From contig OY760074.1 in the NCBI GenBank assembly GCA_963663035.1, positions 3,232,001 to 3,296,000 of the forward strand: a DNA stretch of 64,000 bases. The letters run 5' to 3'. Made by a program: the position numbers and the translations under genes. Below, piece after piece: positions 31,935 through 42,493 of the stretch (positions within the stretch are counted from its first letter, which is position 1; each line of letters begins with the position of its first letter). Under the pieces are notes generated by a model. It did no database searches. It was not told where the DNA came from and was given only the letters and a program-made list of their open reading frames with translations. The DNA is from Acidobacteriota bacterium. GTDB taxonomy: Bacteria; Acidobacteriota; UBA6911; RPQK01; JADFOI01.

Positions 31935-33164
31935 ATGCCTACCATTGATACTCAGCGGCTGAAGCGCTTGCCGCCCTATCTGCTTGGGGTTCTCAATGAC
32001 ATCAAACTTCGTCTGCGCCAGGAGGGAGCCGATGTCATCGACCTGGGCATGGGCAACCCCGACCAGCCCACCCCCCAGCACATCGTCAACAAATTGATTG
32101 AGGTCGTCCAGGACCGCAAAACACATCGCTATTCCGCCTCCAAGGGTATTCCAGGCTTACTGCGGGCCATCTGCCGCTTTTACAAGAAGCGCTTTGGCGT
32201 GGATCTGGACTGGCAGTCCGAGTGCATCGCCACCATCGGCAGCAAGGAGGGTCTGGCCCACCTGATGCTGGCTATACTGGACCCGGGCGACTTGGCGCTG
32301 ATTCCCAACCCCTCTTATCCGATTCATATCTACAGCGTGGCCATGGCCGGTGGAAACGTTGTGTCCATTCCTCTGCGCGAGGAGGAGGACTTCGTTCCCG
32401 ACCTGGAGTACATTACCAGAGAGATCTGGCCCAGACCCAAAGTTATGACCTTGAATTTCCCTCATAATCCGACTACCGCCACCGTCAGCCTGGACTTCTT
32501 CGAGGAGATCGTCCGCTTCGCCCGCGATAACCACATTATGGTCATCCACGATATGGCGTATGCCGATATCACCTTCGATGACTGTAACGCTCCCAGTTTT
32601 TTGCAAGTGCCGGGTGCCAAGGATGTAGGGGTGGAATTTTACACCATGTCGAAATCTTACAACATGGCCGGATGGCGGCTCGGCTTCTGCGTGGGCAATC
32701 GAGACATCGTGGCAGCTTTGGCCAAGATCAAGGGCTATCACGACTATGGTATTTTTACTCCGATTCAGGTCGCCGGCATCGCCGCGCTGGACGGTCCGCA
32801 GGACTGTGTTGTAGAGCAGGCCAAGATCTACCAGAACCGACGGGACGTCCTGTGCGATGGGCTCAACCGCATCGGCTGGTCGGTCAAGGCGCCCAAGGCC
32901 AGTATGTTTACCTGGGCGCCGATTCCGGAGCCCTATCGAGAAATGGGCTCGATGGAGTTCTCTACCCTGCTGATGCAGGAGGCCCATGTGGCGGTGCTGC
33001 CTGGAGTCGGCTTCGGGGACCTGGGTGAGGGGTATGTGCGCATTGCCATGGTGGAAAATGAGCACCGGCTTCGCCAGGCCATTCGAAACATTCGCCGCTG
33101 CTTGACGAAGCTCGAGCCCAGCGATCCACAACTGGAGCAACAACAAATGAGGGTGAGGAGTTAA
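31935..33164 (+). CDS. Class I/II PLP aminotransferase (AlaC/LL-DAP aminotransferase-like)
   Basis: [36 protein letters not shown]. Confidence 0.9.
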   Translation: MPTIDTQRLKRLPPYLLGVLNDIKLRLRQEGADVIDLGMGNPDQPTPQHIVNKLIEVVQDRKTHRYSASKGIPGLLRAICRFYKKRFGVDLDWQSECIATIGSKEGLAHLMLAILDPGDLALIPNPSYPIHIYSVAMAGGNVVSIPLREEEDFVPDLEYITREIWPRPKVMTLNFPHNPTTATVSLDFFEEIVRFARDNHIMVIHDMAYADITFDDCNAPSFLQVPGAKDVGVEFYTMSKSYNMAGWRLGFCVGNRDIVAALAKIKGYHDYGIFTPIQVAGIAALDGPQDCVVEQAKIYQNRRDVLCDGLNRIGWSVKAPKASMFTWAPIPEPYREMGSMEFSTLLMQEAHVAVLPGVGFGDLGEGYVRIAMVENEHRLRQAIRNIRRCLTKLEPSDPQLEQQQMRVRS

Positions 33165-33394
33165 AGTCCCATCAAAAGGGATCCAAAACTGGCCATGGGA
33201 TGGTTTGCCAAACCGGATTGAAAACTAGTAACATGGGTCGGGTGAGGAGCTGGATCTCGGGCGCAGAGAGCGGATACCATTCGGGCCAAGAGGATGACCA
33301 TTCTCTGTAACCCTATACCCAAACACTCGGCCAGGAGAGAATTTGTGTTTGCCTATATCGGAGTTTATCCTCGAGCCGAAAGTGGAAAGACTTT

Positions 33395-35170
33395 ATGAGC
33401 CCAAAAAGATTTGATCTAGCCATCGCCATTGGCGGTGCTGCCGGACAGGGAATCGCGACCCCCGGTAATATCCTGGCCCGGTTGTTTGTCCGCCGTGGTC
33501 TGCATCTTTACGCCTACAATGCCTATCAATCGATCATCCGAGGCGGGCACATTTTTCTGACTTTGCGTGTCAGTGACCAGAAGGTTCGCAACCACGGGGA
33601 TAAACTGGACCTCCTGCTGTGTCTGAATCAGGACACTATGAATCGGCACCTGGTCCTGATGGGAGAGGGCAGCCGGGTGCTCTTTAACAGCGACGCCATT
33701 CAGGCGGGCCAAGCCGCCAAAGGTGCTCATTTGTGCCCCTTACCCGTTGCTGAGTTGACCAGCGGTGCGCGACAGGTCCAGAACACCGTTGCCCTGGGAA
33801 CCATCACATCTATGCTGGGGCTGGAGTTTCAAGTCCTCGAGGATGCCTTGACCCTTCAGTTCAAGCGAAAGGGCCAGGCTGTGGTCGATGGGAACGTTAG
33901 CGCAGGTCGTGCCGGCTTTGACCACGCAAAGGCCAACTTCGAGCCTTTTCCGGATCCGCTTCCCACTGGTCCCAAACCACTAGGGGTCTGGACCGGAAAT
34001 GAGGCTTTGGCGATGGGTGGCGCCGCCGCCGGCGTTAAGTTTTACTGTGCCTACCCCATGAGTCCTGCAACCGGAGTGCTCCATTGGATGGCCAAGAATG
34101 CTCGCGAGCTGGGAATTATGGTTCGGCAGGTGGAGGACGAAATCGCAGTGGCCAATATGGCCGTCGGGGCAGCCCATGCCGGTTGCCGGGCCATGTGTGC
34201 CACCTCCGGCGGAGGGTTCGCATTGATGACCGAAGCTATAGGCATGGCGGGAATGATGGAGGTTCCCGTAGTGTTTATTAACGTTCAGCGAGCCGGTCCC
34301 TCCACGGGCGTGCCCACCAAGACCGAACAGGGGGATCTGTGGCAGGTGCTGGGCGCCAGCCAGGGGGACTTCGAGCGCCTCATCGTGGCCCCGAAAGATG
34401 CCCTGGACGCCTTTGATACCATCCCCGAGCTGTTCAATCTGGTGGACAAATATCAGTGCCCTGGCATTGTCATCTCCGATCTGCTGATCTCAGAAGGCAC
34501 CTTCAGCGTTGATCCCGACAAGATTAGCCTGCGTCCAGAGATCGATCGGGGGGATTTGATTACTTCCTCCTCCCAGGACGACGGCTATATGCGCTACAAG
34601 AATACAGAAAGTGGGATCTCTCCGCGCGCCTTGCCAGGCCTGGAGGGTTATATCCACGTCGTGGCCACCGACGAGCACGACGAGGACAGTATTTTGATCA
34701 GCGACGAGTTCACCAACCCACATAAGCGCCGCAAGATGGTCGAAAAAAGAGCCCGAAAGTTCAAAGACATCGGCAAAGCGATGGCAGCGCCACAGTTGGA
34801 GGGTCCGGAGGATGCCCAGGTCACGCTCATCGGATGGGGATCCACTTACGGTGTCATCAAAGAGGCGGTGGAGCAGTTGAGCCACCAGGGGATTACCGCC
34901 AATCAGCTTGCCATCAAATGGATCGTTCCCCTTCACGCAGAAGTGGTGAGCGAGATCATCTCTCGCTCCAAGCGAACGATTATTGTCGAGAACAACTACT
35001 CCGGCCAGTTTTTCCGCTATCTGCGGAGTGAAACCGGACTCAGCGTGGACGGACACATCCGCAAGTACGATGGTGAGCCCTTTATGCCCCATCACATTGT
35101 GGAAGGTGTGCTGGAGCAGCTTTCCGGGACGACCGATCACTCCGTACCGATTCAGGAAATCATGGTCTAA
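33395..35170 (+). CDS. korA: 2-oxoacid:ferredoxin oxidoreductase alpha subunit (gamma-alpha fusion)
   Basis: GGAAGQG, IRGGH, YPMSPA, EDEIA, TSGGG, QRAGPSTGVPT. Confidence 0.92.
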   Translation: MSPKRFDLAIAIGGAAGQGIATPGNILARLFVRRGLHLYAYNAYQSIIRGGHIFLTLRVSDQKVRNHGDKLDLLLCLNQDTMNRHLVLMGEGSRVLFNSDAIQAGQAAKGAHLCPLPVAELTSGARQVQNTVALGTITSMLGLEFQVLEDALTLQFKRKGQAVVDGNVSAGRAGFDHAKANFEPFPDPLPTGPKPLGVWTGNEALAMGGAAAGVKFYCAYPMSPATGVLHWMAKNARELGIMVRQVEDEIAVANMAVGAAHAGCRAMCATSGGGFALMTEAIGMAGMMEVPVVFINVQRAGPSTGVPTKTEQGDLWQVLGASQGDFERLIVAPKDALDAFDTIPELFNLVDKYQCPGIVISDLLISEGTFSVDPDKISLRPEIDRGDLITSSSQDDGYMRYKNTESGISPRALPGLEGYIHVVATDEHDEDSILISDEFTNPHKRRKMVEKRARKFKDIGKAMAAPQLEGPEDAQVTLIGWGSTYGVIKEAVEQLSHQGITANQLAIKWIVPLHAEVVSEIISRSKRTIIVENNYSGQFFRYLRSETGLSVDGHIRKYDGEPFMPHHIVEGVLEQLSGTTDHSVPIQEIMV

Positions 35171-35182
35171 TGAGGTAAGAAT

Positions 35183-36100
35183 ATGACAGTTGGAGATAGC
35201 ACCCGGGATGTAACCGCGGACAAGCCCATCACTTCACTGCAGGCGAAGGATTTTAAGGGACCAGTGGAACCTGACTGGTGTCCGGGCTGTGGCGACTTTG
35301 GAGTCCTGAAGGGCCTTCAGAAAGCCTGTGCGGAGCTGGGGCTCCTGCCCCATCAGATCCTGACCGTCAGCGGGATCGGCTGTTCCTCCAATCTTCCCGG
35401 GTACGTCAACGCCTATGGGATGCACACTCTTCATGGCCGGCCCTTGGCCGTGGCCACTGGTGCCCAAATGGCGAATCACGAGCTCACCGTTATTGCAACG
35501 GGTGGAGACGGCGATGGATACGGCATTGGTGGGAACCACTTTGTGCACACGGCGCGCCGCAACGTAGACCTGACCTATATCGTCATGAACAACCAGATTT
35601 ATGGTCTCACCACCGGACAGATTTCTCCCACCAGCACCCAGGACATGAAAACCAAGAGTACGCCCTTTGGCAGCGTGGAGCTTCCCATCAATCCCATCAC
35701 GGCGGCCATCATGAACGGAGCGACTTTTGTGGCTCGTGGCTACAGCGGTCAGGGCAAGCATATGGTGGAGTTGATGAAGAAGGCGATCCAGCATAAGGGG
35801 TTTGCTCTTGTTGACATCTTCAGCCCTTGTGTTACGTTCAACCATGACAACGACTACCAATTTTTCAAACCACGCATTAAGAAGCTCGAAGACGAAGGCC
35901 ACGACACCAGCGATTGGAAGACGGCCTGCGAGAAAGCCATGGAGTGGGGCGACACGATCTATATCGGACTGTTCCTGCAAAAGGACCAACCGACTCTCAG
36001 CCAACTGGAGCCTGTCCTGGATGAAGGCGGTCCTCTAGCCTATCGTCCTCTGGGTCTCAGCCAGGAGCAGAGTCAACGGATCCTCAAAAGAATGATGTGA
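35183..36100 (+). CDS. korB: 2-oxoacid:ferredoxin oxidoreductase beta subunit
   Basis: WCPGCGD, SGIGCS, HGR, GGDGD, NNQIYGLT.GQ.SPT, SPCVTFN. Confidence 0.93.
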   Translation: MTVGDSTRDVTADKPITSLQAKDFKGPVEPDWCPGCGDFGVLKGLQKACAELGLLPHQILTVSGIGCSSNLPGYVNAYGMHTLHGRPLAVATGAQMANHELTVIATGGDGDGYGIGGNHFVHTARRNVDLTYIVMNNQIYGLTTGQISPTSTQDMKTKSTPFGSVELPINPITAAIMNGATFVARGYSGQGKHMVELMKKAIQHKGFALVDIFSPCVTFNHDNDYQFFKPRIKKLEDEGHDTSDWKTACEKAMEWGDTIYIGLFLQKDQPTLSQLEPVLDEGGPLAYRPLGLSQEQSQRILKRMM

Positions 36101-36108
36101 AGGAAAGT

Positions 36109-36186
36109 TCCAGGCTCCAGGCTCCAGGCTCCAGGTTCCAAGTTTCAGGTTCCGGAACATCTTCTACCTCCTGACTCCTGACTCCT
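36109..36186. repeat. Heptamer tandem arrays (TCCAGGC)n and (CTCCTGA)n between convergent genes
   Basis: TCCAGGCTCCAGGCTCCAGGCTCCAGGTTCCAAGT... and CTCCTGACTCCTGACTCC read directly. Confidence 0.8.
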
Positions 36187-36190
36187 TCTC

Positions 36191-37438
36191 CTATAGCATT
36201 CCTTTGAAGCGCTTCGGATCTACCCTGTAATCCGGGAAAATGGCGTCTGCATCTGAAGATCCAAGGTGCCGGACCAGCACTTCTGCAAACACATCCCGAA
36301 AATCTGTGGTGAGAGCCAGATCCCGACCCTGGTAAAGTTGTTCAGGTGCAAGACCTGGCCACTGCCCGTAGACCTTTCCACCCTTGATATCTCCACCCAG
36401 GAGAAACATCACGTTGGCGTGGCCATGATCGGTACCGGCGTTCCCGTTCTCGCGAGCCGTTCGTCCAAATTCCGACATGGTGAGAACCAGCACGTCTTCC
36501 ATGCGATCCCCCAGATCCCGATAGAGGGCCGCCAGACCTTGTCCGAACTCTCTCAGCCGGTTGCTCAGCTGACCGTTGACTCCCCCCTCATTGATATGGT
36601 GATCCCACCCACCGATATCCAGGAACGCTACCTCTAACCCGATGTTGGCCTTGATCAATTGGGCGATCTGCCCGAGATTTCGGCCGAAGCGACCTTGCGG
36701 ATACTCCACTCCCGCCTCAGGGCGATACTGGCCGGGGTTGGCTTTCTTGAGAAAATCAATCGCTTGGAACATTTCCTGAGCTGTGCCCGATAACAGAGAG
36801 TCTGTCTCCTGGTCGTAAAGGGTCTCGTAGGCGGTACGGGCCTGTTGTTGGAGCGCTCCCGCTCTCAGGTCAAAAGAATCGATGTTCCCCAAGGCGATAG
36901 CCGGGGTCTCACCTTTGAGGGAGCGAGGCAGGCTCGTTCCCATGGCAACCCCTCGAAAGGAGGTGGCTTCTGGATCCGGATTGTGCTCCAGATAACGACT
37001 CAACCATCCGTCGGAAATACTCTTGGTCCCGGGAGCGGCCGACTCCATAAAGTCTTGAGCATCGAAGTGAGAACGCGTGGAATCGGGAGAGCCTGCTGCA
37101 TGTACGATCGCCATTTGCCCCTCTTGGTAAAGACGGTGAAGAGGCTTCAGCGAGGGATGGAGTCCGAAAAAGCCGTTCAGGTCGACCGCAGACTCCTGCC
37201 CTGAGGTGGGAGCTGGGATGGCAATGGTGGGACGACTCGCGTAGTAGGCCTGCTCCCCAAAGGGCACGACGGTATTGAGACCGTCAGCTCCGCCTCGTTG
37301 AAAGACGGCGATGAGAACCTTTCTTCGCCGAGTGTCCGCGGGGACCGCCTGCACGGTGCGAAGCACGAAACTGGGCACTGTTCCCATTCCTACAAGGGCA
37401 ATCCCGCCGTTTTTGAGAAGGATGCGTCGGGTAATCAT
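36191..37438 (-). CDS. DUF1501 domain protein (Tat-like signal)
   Basis: TRR signal, RGGADGLN, RSHFDAQ, GGWDHH, SEFGRT..EN...GTDHG, DFRDV. Confidence 0.9.
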   Translation of the reverse strand: MITRRILLKNGGIALVGMGTVPSFVLRTVQAVPADTRRRKVLIAVFQRGGADGLNTVVPFGEQAYYASRPTIAIPAPTSGQESAVDLNGFFGLHPSLKPLHRLYQEGQMAIVHAAGSPDSTRSHFDAQDFMESAAPGTKSISDGWLSRYLEHNPDPEATSFRGVAMGTSLPRSLKGETPAIALGNIDSFDLRAGALQQQARTAYETLYDQETDSLLSGTAQEMFQAIDFLKKANPGQYRPEAGVEYPQGRFGRNLGQIAQLIKANIGLEVAFLDIGGWDHHINEGGVNGQLSNRLREFGQGLAALYRDLGDRMEDVLVLTMSEFGRTARENGNAGTDHGHANVMFLLGGDIKGGKVYGQWPGLAPEQLYQGRDLALTTDFRDVFAEVLVRHLGSSDADAIFPDYRVDPKRFKGML

Positions 37439-37449
37439 CAGGATGTCTC

Positions 37450-39186
37450 CTATCTCTTTTGGAATTGTGGTGAGCCCAGCATAAAAGCAGCAGCAATCAC
37501 CTGCTTGGAAAAGCGAGTCTGACGCAGACCATCTCGCCGATCCTGCTCTTCTCCGGCCTGCCCGAGAAGGGTGCGGGTCTGCTCGAGTTGTTGGGTGTTG
37601 GGTTCAGGAAGCCTGAGCTGCTGGAACAGCGGCCCGGCTGATGCAAGATCTACCCGAATCTGAGGAATCCTGTCAGCGGCTAGAACGAGGGCGAAGTTCA
37701 ATCGCTGTAGCAGCGAGTTGGTATTAATCCAGGCAGAAGCCACATCCGGGTAACCAGTGGGTTCCTGGCACAGGTAGAGCGCCTCCCCCATTTCGGCCAA
37801 GACCTGCATCAGCCGACGGGCCGGGCGCATCTCAGCTTCTGTAGCGCGTAGAGAACTCACCACCAGTTCAAGAGGCTTCTTGACTTTGGCCTGATAGGCG
37901 TCGCGGGAGAAGAAGTGAGGATGAGTAAAGATTGTCCATAATACCTCTCGGATGTCTCCGCCCGTCCGCTCGAAGGTGAGACTTGCCGCATCCACCAGGT
38001 CCTCGGGAGGATCGTCGGCGACGAAGCGCCGAACCAGTTTTGTGGAAATAAAGCGAGCGGTGGAGGGATGGCGAGCCAGCATCTTGATCACCTGCTCACC
38101 CTCTTGAACTCCACCGGATCGAATAGTCTGCCCCAGCACCACTTTGTCGCCCTCTTCGTGCAGAAGAGGTTGGAACTGAAAGGGGCCTCCCTGTCGGGGA
38201 GCCGTAATGGTCCAGCCCGTTAAAGCCCTGGCCACCTGGATGACATCCTCCTGGCTGTATCCTCCCTCGACACCGAGAGTGTGAAGCTCCATTAGCTCTC
38301 GGGCATAGTTCTCATTGAGGCCCTTGGCACGCTGTAAATTCCTCAGGATTGCCCGGTCTGCCGGCTGGCGGGTACTCTGCTGGCGCCGCCTGCGAGAGCG
38401 CGGTGCCAGACGACTTCTTAAAGTGGCGACGCGTTCTTCCATGACCTGGGCAGGTGCAGAACTGATCCAGTTGTCCAGGTAAAAAAGCATGGCCGGGCTC
38501 TTGGCGGTTGCCATCAGGAGATCTTCGAATTTTCCCAGGACCAGGGGACGCACGACGCTTTGCTCGAAATCGGTCGTGTACACTCGATCCTGACCCTTGG
38601 ACAGGAAGATATTGAAGTGGTTCATCCAGAAGTCAGCCATCACTTCCTGAAGCTGGCGCTCACTGTAAAGAGCCCGGAGCAGCTTGGCCTGGGTGAGCTC
38701 GAACCGAATCTGCTGCATACCCTCTCGCATCTGTCGGCGAGCCGCTTGCATTTCCTCGGTGACCTCAGGGACTGAATCGGATCCAGACATCTGCTCTGGG
38801 TCGTTCTGTCTTTCCGCCTGGAGGGTCTGCATTTGGCGTCTCAGCTCATTGGTACCGGAAGAGAGTTCGGCCAGCTCTGGCGGGGTCATGGTCAAGGTCT
38901 TGAAACCGGCCAGTTTTTCCTCCACGACGGTCTCGGGAATGAGCTGGGGACGAAGCTGCTGCTCGATATAGGCTTGAATCCCCATGGCCGCGACTCGTTC
39001 GATATCTCCCGGTCGAGGTCCAAAGCTCAAGCGATTCAGTACGTGGATGATTTTCTCCTCTTCTGTCAGTGTCATCTCCTCAGGGCCGGCCCAGGAAAAG
39101 ACAGACGCTCCAGGAGCAATCAATAAAGAGCAAAGCACCAAAGCCAAAATGGACTGTCCTGTTCTTGCTGAAGCCAAACTCTCCAT
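37450..39186 (-). CDS. DUF1800 domain protein
   Basis: RLSFGPRPG, FWMNHFN, PAMLFYLDN, NENYARELMELHTLG, SPQFQKR; AGGAG RBS before ATG 39186. Confidence 0.92.
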   Translation of the reverse strand: MESLASARTGQSILALVLCSLLIAPGASVFSWAGPEEMTLTEEEKIIHVLNRLSFGPRPGDIERVAAMGIQAYIEQQLRPQLIPETVVEEKLAGFKTLTMTPPELAELSSGTNELRRQMQTLQAERQNDPEQMSGSDSVPEVTEEMQAARRQMREGMQQIRFELTQAKLLRALYSERQLQEVMADFWMNHFNIFLSKGQDRVYTTDFEQSVVRPLVLGKFEDLLMATAKSPAMLFYLDNWISSAPAQVMEERVATLRSRLAPRSRRRRQQSTRQPADRAILRNLQRAKGLNENYARELMELHTLGVEGGYSQEDVIQVARALTGWTITAPRQGGPFQFQPLLHEEGDKVVLGQTIRSGGVQEGEQVIKMLARHPSTARFISTKLVRRFVADDPPEDLVDAASLTFERTGGDIREVLWTIFTHPHFFSRDAYQAKVKKPLELVVSSLRATEAEMRPARRLMQVLAEMGEALYLCQEPTGYPDVASAWINTNSLLQRLNFALVLAADRIPQIRVDLASAGPLFQQLRLPEPNTQQLEQTRTLLGQAGEEQDRRDGLRQTRFSKQVIAAAFMLGSPQFQKR

Positions 39187-39200
39187 GGTGATCTCCTGAC

Positions 39201-39381
39201 TAGCCCGCATTATGCATAGGTTTACGTAGCAAAGTGGCGAAAGCGCCGCGATGACAAGGCGTGCTACGAAGCGCCCCGCAGGCGTACTCTTGCAGTACGC
39301 CGAGGAGCGCAAGGAAGCACAACGCCGTCAGCGCGGATGATTGCGACACTATTGCAGAAAATTTATGCATAATGTGGGCTA
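39201..39381 (-). repeat. Family A element, copy A5
   Basis: TAGCCCGCATTATGCATA ... TATGCATAATGTGGGCTA; carries the CGTACT..AGTACG module but lacks the GGGCTAAAGCCC module; directly upstream of the DUF1800 RBS. Confidence 0.88.
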
Positions 39382-39502
39382 AAAAGCACTTCCTTCATCC
39401 TTGCTGCTTGTTAATACGGACCGCAACCAGAAATGTTTCTGACCGGGCCGGGTGTTCCTATCCTCCCTTCAGGTTATACTCAGTACAAAGGCTACCGTAT
39501 TG

Positions 39503-40618
39503 ATGAAGCGAGGCACTGAGGCTATTTTCCTTGACGTTGGTGGGACTCTACTGGAGTTGGGAGACCCGGCCCAGGCCTACCGGGCTATCTTGGAAAGACA
39601 TGGCTATCACGCCACCAAAGACCAGGTTCGCTCCTGGGTCAGACAGGCACAAGAGGAGACCGGCCCCGTCTCCAGTGGGTGCGCGTCGGACTTGTGTGGG
39701 TCTGACTTCACAATCTCCGCCAGCAAAGAGGAAGCACGGCGTCAGGACCTGATTGCCGCTATTCTCCGCAAGGCAGGCGTCAAGAAACACTTCGATAGTT
39801 GCCGGAAGGAAATCTGGGATTCATGGCTGAAAGAACCCGTTTTCCGACTCTTCCCGGAGACTATCTCCACTTTGAAGCAACTCAAAGAATCCGGATTTCT
39901 CCTGGGGGCGGTCTCCAATTGGGAACCGAGACTGCTCGAGTTGTGTGAGAACCTGGGAATTGGCCGATATTTCGACTTCATGTTGATTTCCGAGACTCAA
40001 GGATACGCCAAACCGGGCATTCGACTCTTTGAGCTGGCATTGGAACGAGCCGCAACCCGGCCGGAGAAAGTCATACACGTGGGGAATGATGCGGTAGAAG
40101 ACATCCAGCCTGCGGAGTCGCTGGGTATTCGTGCAGTCCTCCTCCAGCGAAATGGCTCCAAGGGAATGGAACATTCGCCGCGGATTCCCTCGCTGAAAGA
40201 GGTGCTGCCTCTTGCCCGGGCCTCGGCCTGGATTCGTGGGAGGGTGGTGAGTGGTAAGGGTGAGGCAGCTGGCTTCACCGGGCTACCATGGGTCCGGGAA
40301 CAGGTGGCAAGGGGCTTCAACTTTAAGCCATTTCCCGGGACTCTCAATCTGCGGCTGGAAAGGGCGCAGGACCTGGCAATGTGGAAGGAGCTCCGCAGCC
40401 AGCCCGGTCAGTTTCTGGAACCGGAGAAGGGTTATTGTGCCGCGAAGTGTTTTCCAGTCAGCGTGGAAGGACAGGTTTCGGGTGCCATTGTGCTTCCGGC
40501 AGTTCCCTCCTATCCGAGCAACGTGGTTGAGTTATTGGCCCCTGTTAACCTCCGCGAGGCGCTGGGACTGGGCGACGGTGGGGCGGTCACGATTGCCCTT
40601 GTCCCGCCTGCGACGTGA
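39503..40618 (+). CDS. HAD-IA hydrolase fused to a CTP-dependent (archaeal-type) riboflavin kinase domain
   Basis: HAD motifs DVGGTL, SNW, KP, HVGND..ED; C-terminal GRVVSGKGEAAGF...FKPFPGTLNL...VVELLAPVNLREALGLGDG. Confidence 0.82.
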   Translation: MKRGTEAIFLDVGGTLLELGDPAQAYRAILERHGYHATKDQVRSWVRQAQEETGPVSSGCASDLCGSDFTISASKEEARRQDLIAAILRKAGVKKHFDSCRKEIWDSWLKEPVFRLFPETISTLKQLKESGFLLGAVSNWEPRLLELCENLGIGRYFDFMLISETQGYAKPGIRLFELALERAATRPEKVIHVGNDAVEDIQPAESLGIRAVLLQRNGSKGMEHSPRIPSLKEVLPLARASAWIRGRVVSGKGEAAGFTGLPWVREQVARGFNFKPFPGTLNLRLERAQDLAMWKELRSQPGQFLEPEKGYCAAKCFPVSVEGQVSGAIVLPAVPSYPSNVVELLAPVNLREALGLGDGGAVTIALVPPAT

Positions 40619-40643
40619 GAGGGGGCCGCGAGGTAAACAGGAA

Positions 40644-41057
40644 TTGAAAACGCACTTTTCTCGAAAAGTTTTCGTTCAAGAGCAGGGCGCGAGCAACATC
40701 GGTTGCCTTCTCACTATTATGGTGCTGATCATCCTCGGGTACGGGGGGTACAAATTTGGCCCGCCACTTGTAGACGATTTCCAGCTCAGGAATGCAGTGA
40801 GCCAAATTGCCCAATACAGCGCGGCTGGAGTCCTATCTGAAACCACATATGCTTCCGGCGGGCGATCGGGATCGGTTGAGGAGATTGAGCAGGCAGTTGT
40901 GGCAGAGGCCAGGGAGCTGAGAATACCATTGCTCCTGGAGAACGTCAGCGTGCAGAAAGGAGCAGATACCGTTTTCATTACAGTGGAATACACGGTGCCC
41001 ATCTACGTGCTGGGTCGAATAGTTAATTGGCAGTTCAGATTCACCGGACAGAGCTGA
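40644..41057 (+). CDS. Pilin-like single-pass membrane protein (DUF4845-like)
   Basis: EQG prepilin-like site, IGCLL TM helix, ITVEYTVPI. Confidence 0.6.
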   Translation: MKTHFSRKVFVQEQGASNIGCLLTIMVLIILGYGGYKFGPPLVDDFQLRNAVSQIAQYSAAGVLSETTYASGGRSGSVEEIEQAVVAEARELRIPLLLENVSVQKGADTVFITVEYTVPIYVLGRIVNWQFRFTGQS

Positions 41058-41068
41058 TACCGACCGGG

Positions 41069-42154
41069 ATGAGAATTCATGAATTGGAAACCCCCGCCTT
41101 AGTCGTCGATCTGGACAGGATGGAAAGAAACCTGCAAGGCATGGCCGGTTATTGCCAGCAGCACGGCCTCAATCTTCGACCCCACGCCAAAACCCATAAA
41201 ATCCCTGAGCTCGCCAAGAAGCAGATTGAGTTAGGAGCCTGTGGAATCACGGTCGCCAAAGTTGGTGAAGCGGAGGTCATGACTCAAGAAGGCCTGGATG
41301 ATCTCATGCTGGCTTATCCTCTCTTCGGAGCTGCCAAAGCTCTTCGTCTGGGTGTTCTTCTGGAAAGAGCCCGCATCACGGTCGCTCTTGACTCTGAAGA
41401 ATCCCTGAGCTGGGTTGCTCAGGCCGCCAGCGGGAAATCGATCGATGTTTTAGTGGAGATCGATTTGGGCATGAGGCGCTGCGGGGTGAGGCCAGGAACA
41501 GATGCAGTGGAACTGGCGCGGTTGATCGATTCTACAGCCGGGCTCCGCTTTCAGGGGCTCATGTTTTACCCCGGGCATATCCGCCCCGATTGGAATGGCA
41601 GTACTCGAGAATTGGAGCAGTTAAACCTGGATCTCCAGCGCCAGTTGGAGCTCTTTGAAAAGGAAAAGATCCCCGTTCGACGGGTCAGTGGTGGGAGCAC
41701 TCCCTCAGCCTTTCACTCACATCGCATAGAGGGTCTGACCGAGATCCGGCCGGGCACCTATATCTTTAACGACCGCAACAGCATTGAATGGAAGACCTGC
41801 AGCAGTGAAGATTGTGCGGCCTCTCTACTGACTACGGTGGTCAGTACGGCAGTTCCCGGCCAGGCTATCATTGACGCGGGCTCGAAGACCTTCTCCAGTG
41901 ACCCGCTCAGACCCGGAGAAAAAAGAGGTTACGGTCTGGTGAAGGACTGTCCGGAGGTCCAGTTCTTGAGCATGAATGAAGAACATGGTTATTTAAAGGT
42001 TCCAGCTGAGGTCAAACTGGAGGTTGGTCAGGCTCTCGAAATCATCCCCAATCATATCTGCGCTACTGTCAATATGCATGATGTCATCTTCGGCTATCGG
42101 GGTGAGGAAGTTGTGGAATCGTGGATCGTCAAAGCACGTGGGAAGATCCGTTAA
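41069..42154 (+). CDS. Fold-type III PLP enzyme (D-threonine aldolase/DSD1 family)
   Basis: ETPAL, RPHAKTHK, RCGV, SGGSTP, EIRPGTY, DAGSKT, EEHG, PNHIC. Confidence 0.9.
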   Translation: MRIHELETPALVVDLDRMERNLQGMAGYCQQHGLNLRPHAKTHKIPELAKKQIELGACGITVAKVGEAEVMTQEGLDDLMLAYPLFGAAKALRLGVLLERARITVALDSEESLSWVAQAASGKSIDVLVEIDLGMRRCGVRPGTDAVELARLIDSTAGLRFQGLMFYPGHIRPDWNGSTRELEQLNLDLQRQLELFEKEKIPVRRVSGGSTPSAFHSHRIEGLTEIRPGTYIFNDRNSIEWKTCSSEDCAASLLTTVVSTAVPGQAIIDAGSKTFSSDPLRPGEKRGYGLVKDCPEVQFLSMNEEHGYLKVPAEVKLEVGQALEIIPNHICATVNMHDVIFGYRGEEVVESWIVKARGKIR

Positions 42155-42160
42155 TGGGTC

Positions 42161-42373
42161 TAGCCGGGATTATGAATAAGTTTCCTACTGCAGTGCCGCA
42201 ATCATCCACGCTGACTGCGTTATGCGACCCGCAAAGCGGGTACCCCTTGGGCTCCTCGGCGTACTGCATGAGTACGCCTGCGGGGCCCGACCCGCAAGCG
42301 GGTGCCCTCGCATGCCTTGTCATCGCGGCGCCAGCGGCACTTCGTCACGAAAACCTATGCATGATCCCGGCTA
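42161..42373 (+). repeat. Family A element, copy A6
   Basis: TAGCCGGGATTATGAATA ... TATGCATGATCCCGGCTA with internal hairpin modules. Confidence 0.9.
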
Positions 42374-42493
42374 AGCATCTTTCCTGGTTGCTATTTTTCC
42401 TTTTATTGGAGACCATTGGTTTGATGTTTCTGCCAGGTATCCGCCCGCTTTTTTGTGTGCCCGATTCACCCTTCCACCGTTGAGGAGAGCAAG

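Noticed and set aside
33165-33394. Possible riboswitch or sRNA upstream of korA
   Set aside because: No recognisable conserved motif or convincing structure by eye; an Rfam scan would be needed.
39187-39312. N-terminal extension of the DUF1800 gene into repeat A5 (also 49156-49203 for the DUF3347-like gene)
   Set aside because: Better starts with an RBS and signal peptide exist just outside the repeats (39186, 49204).
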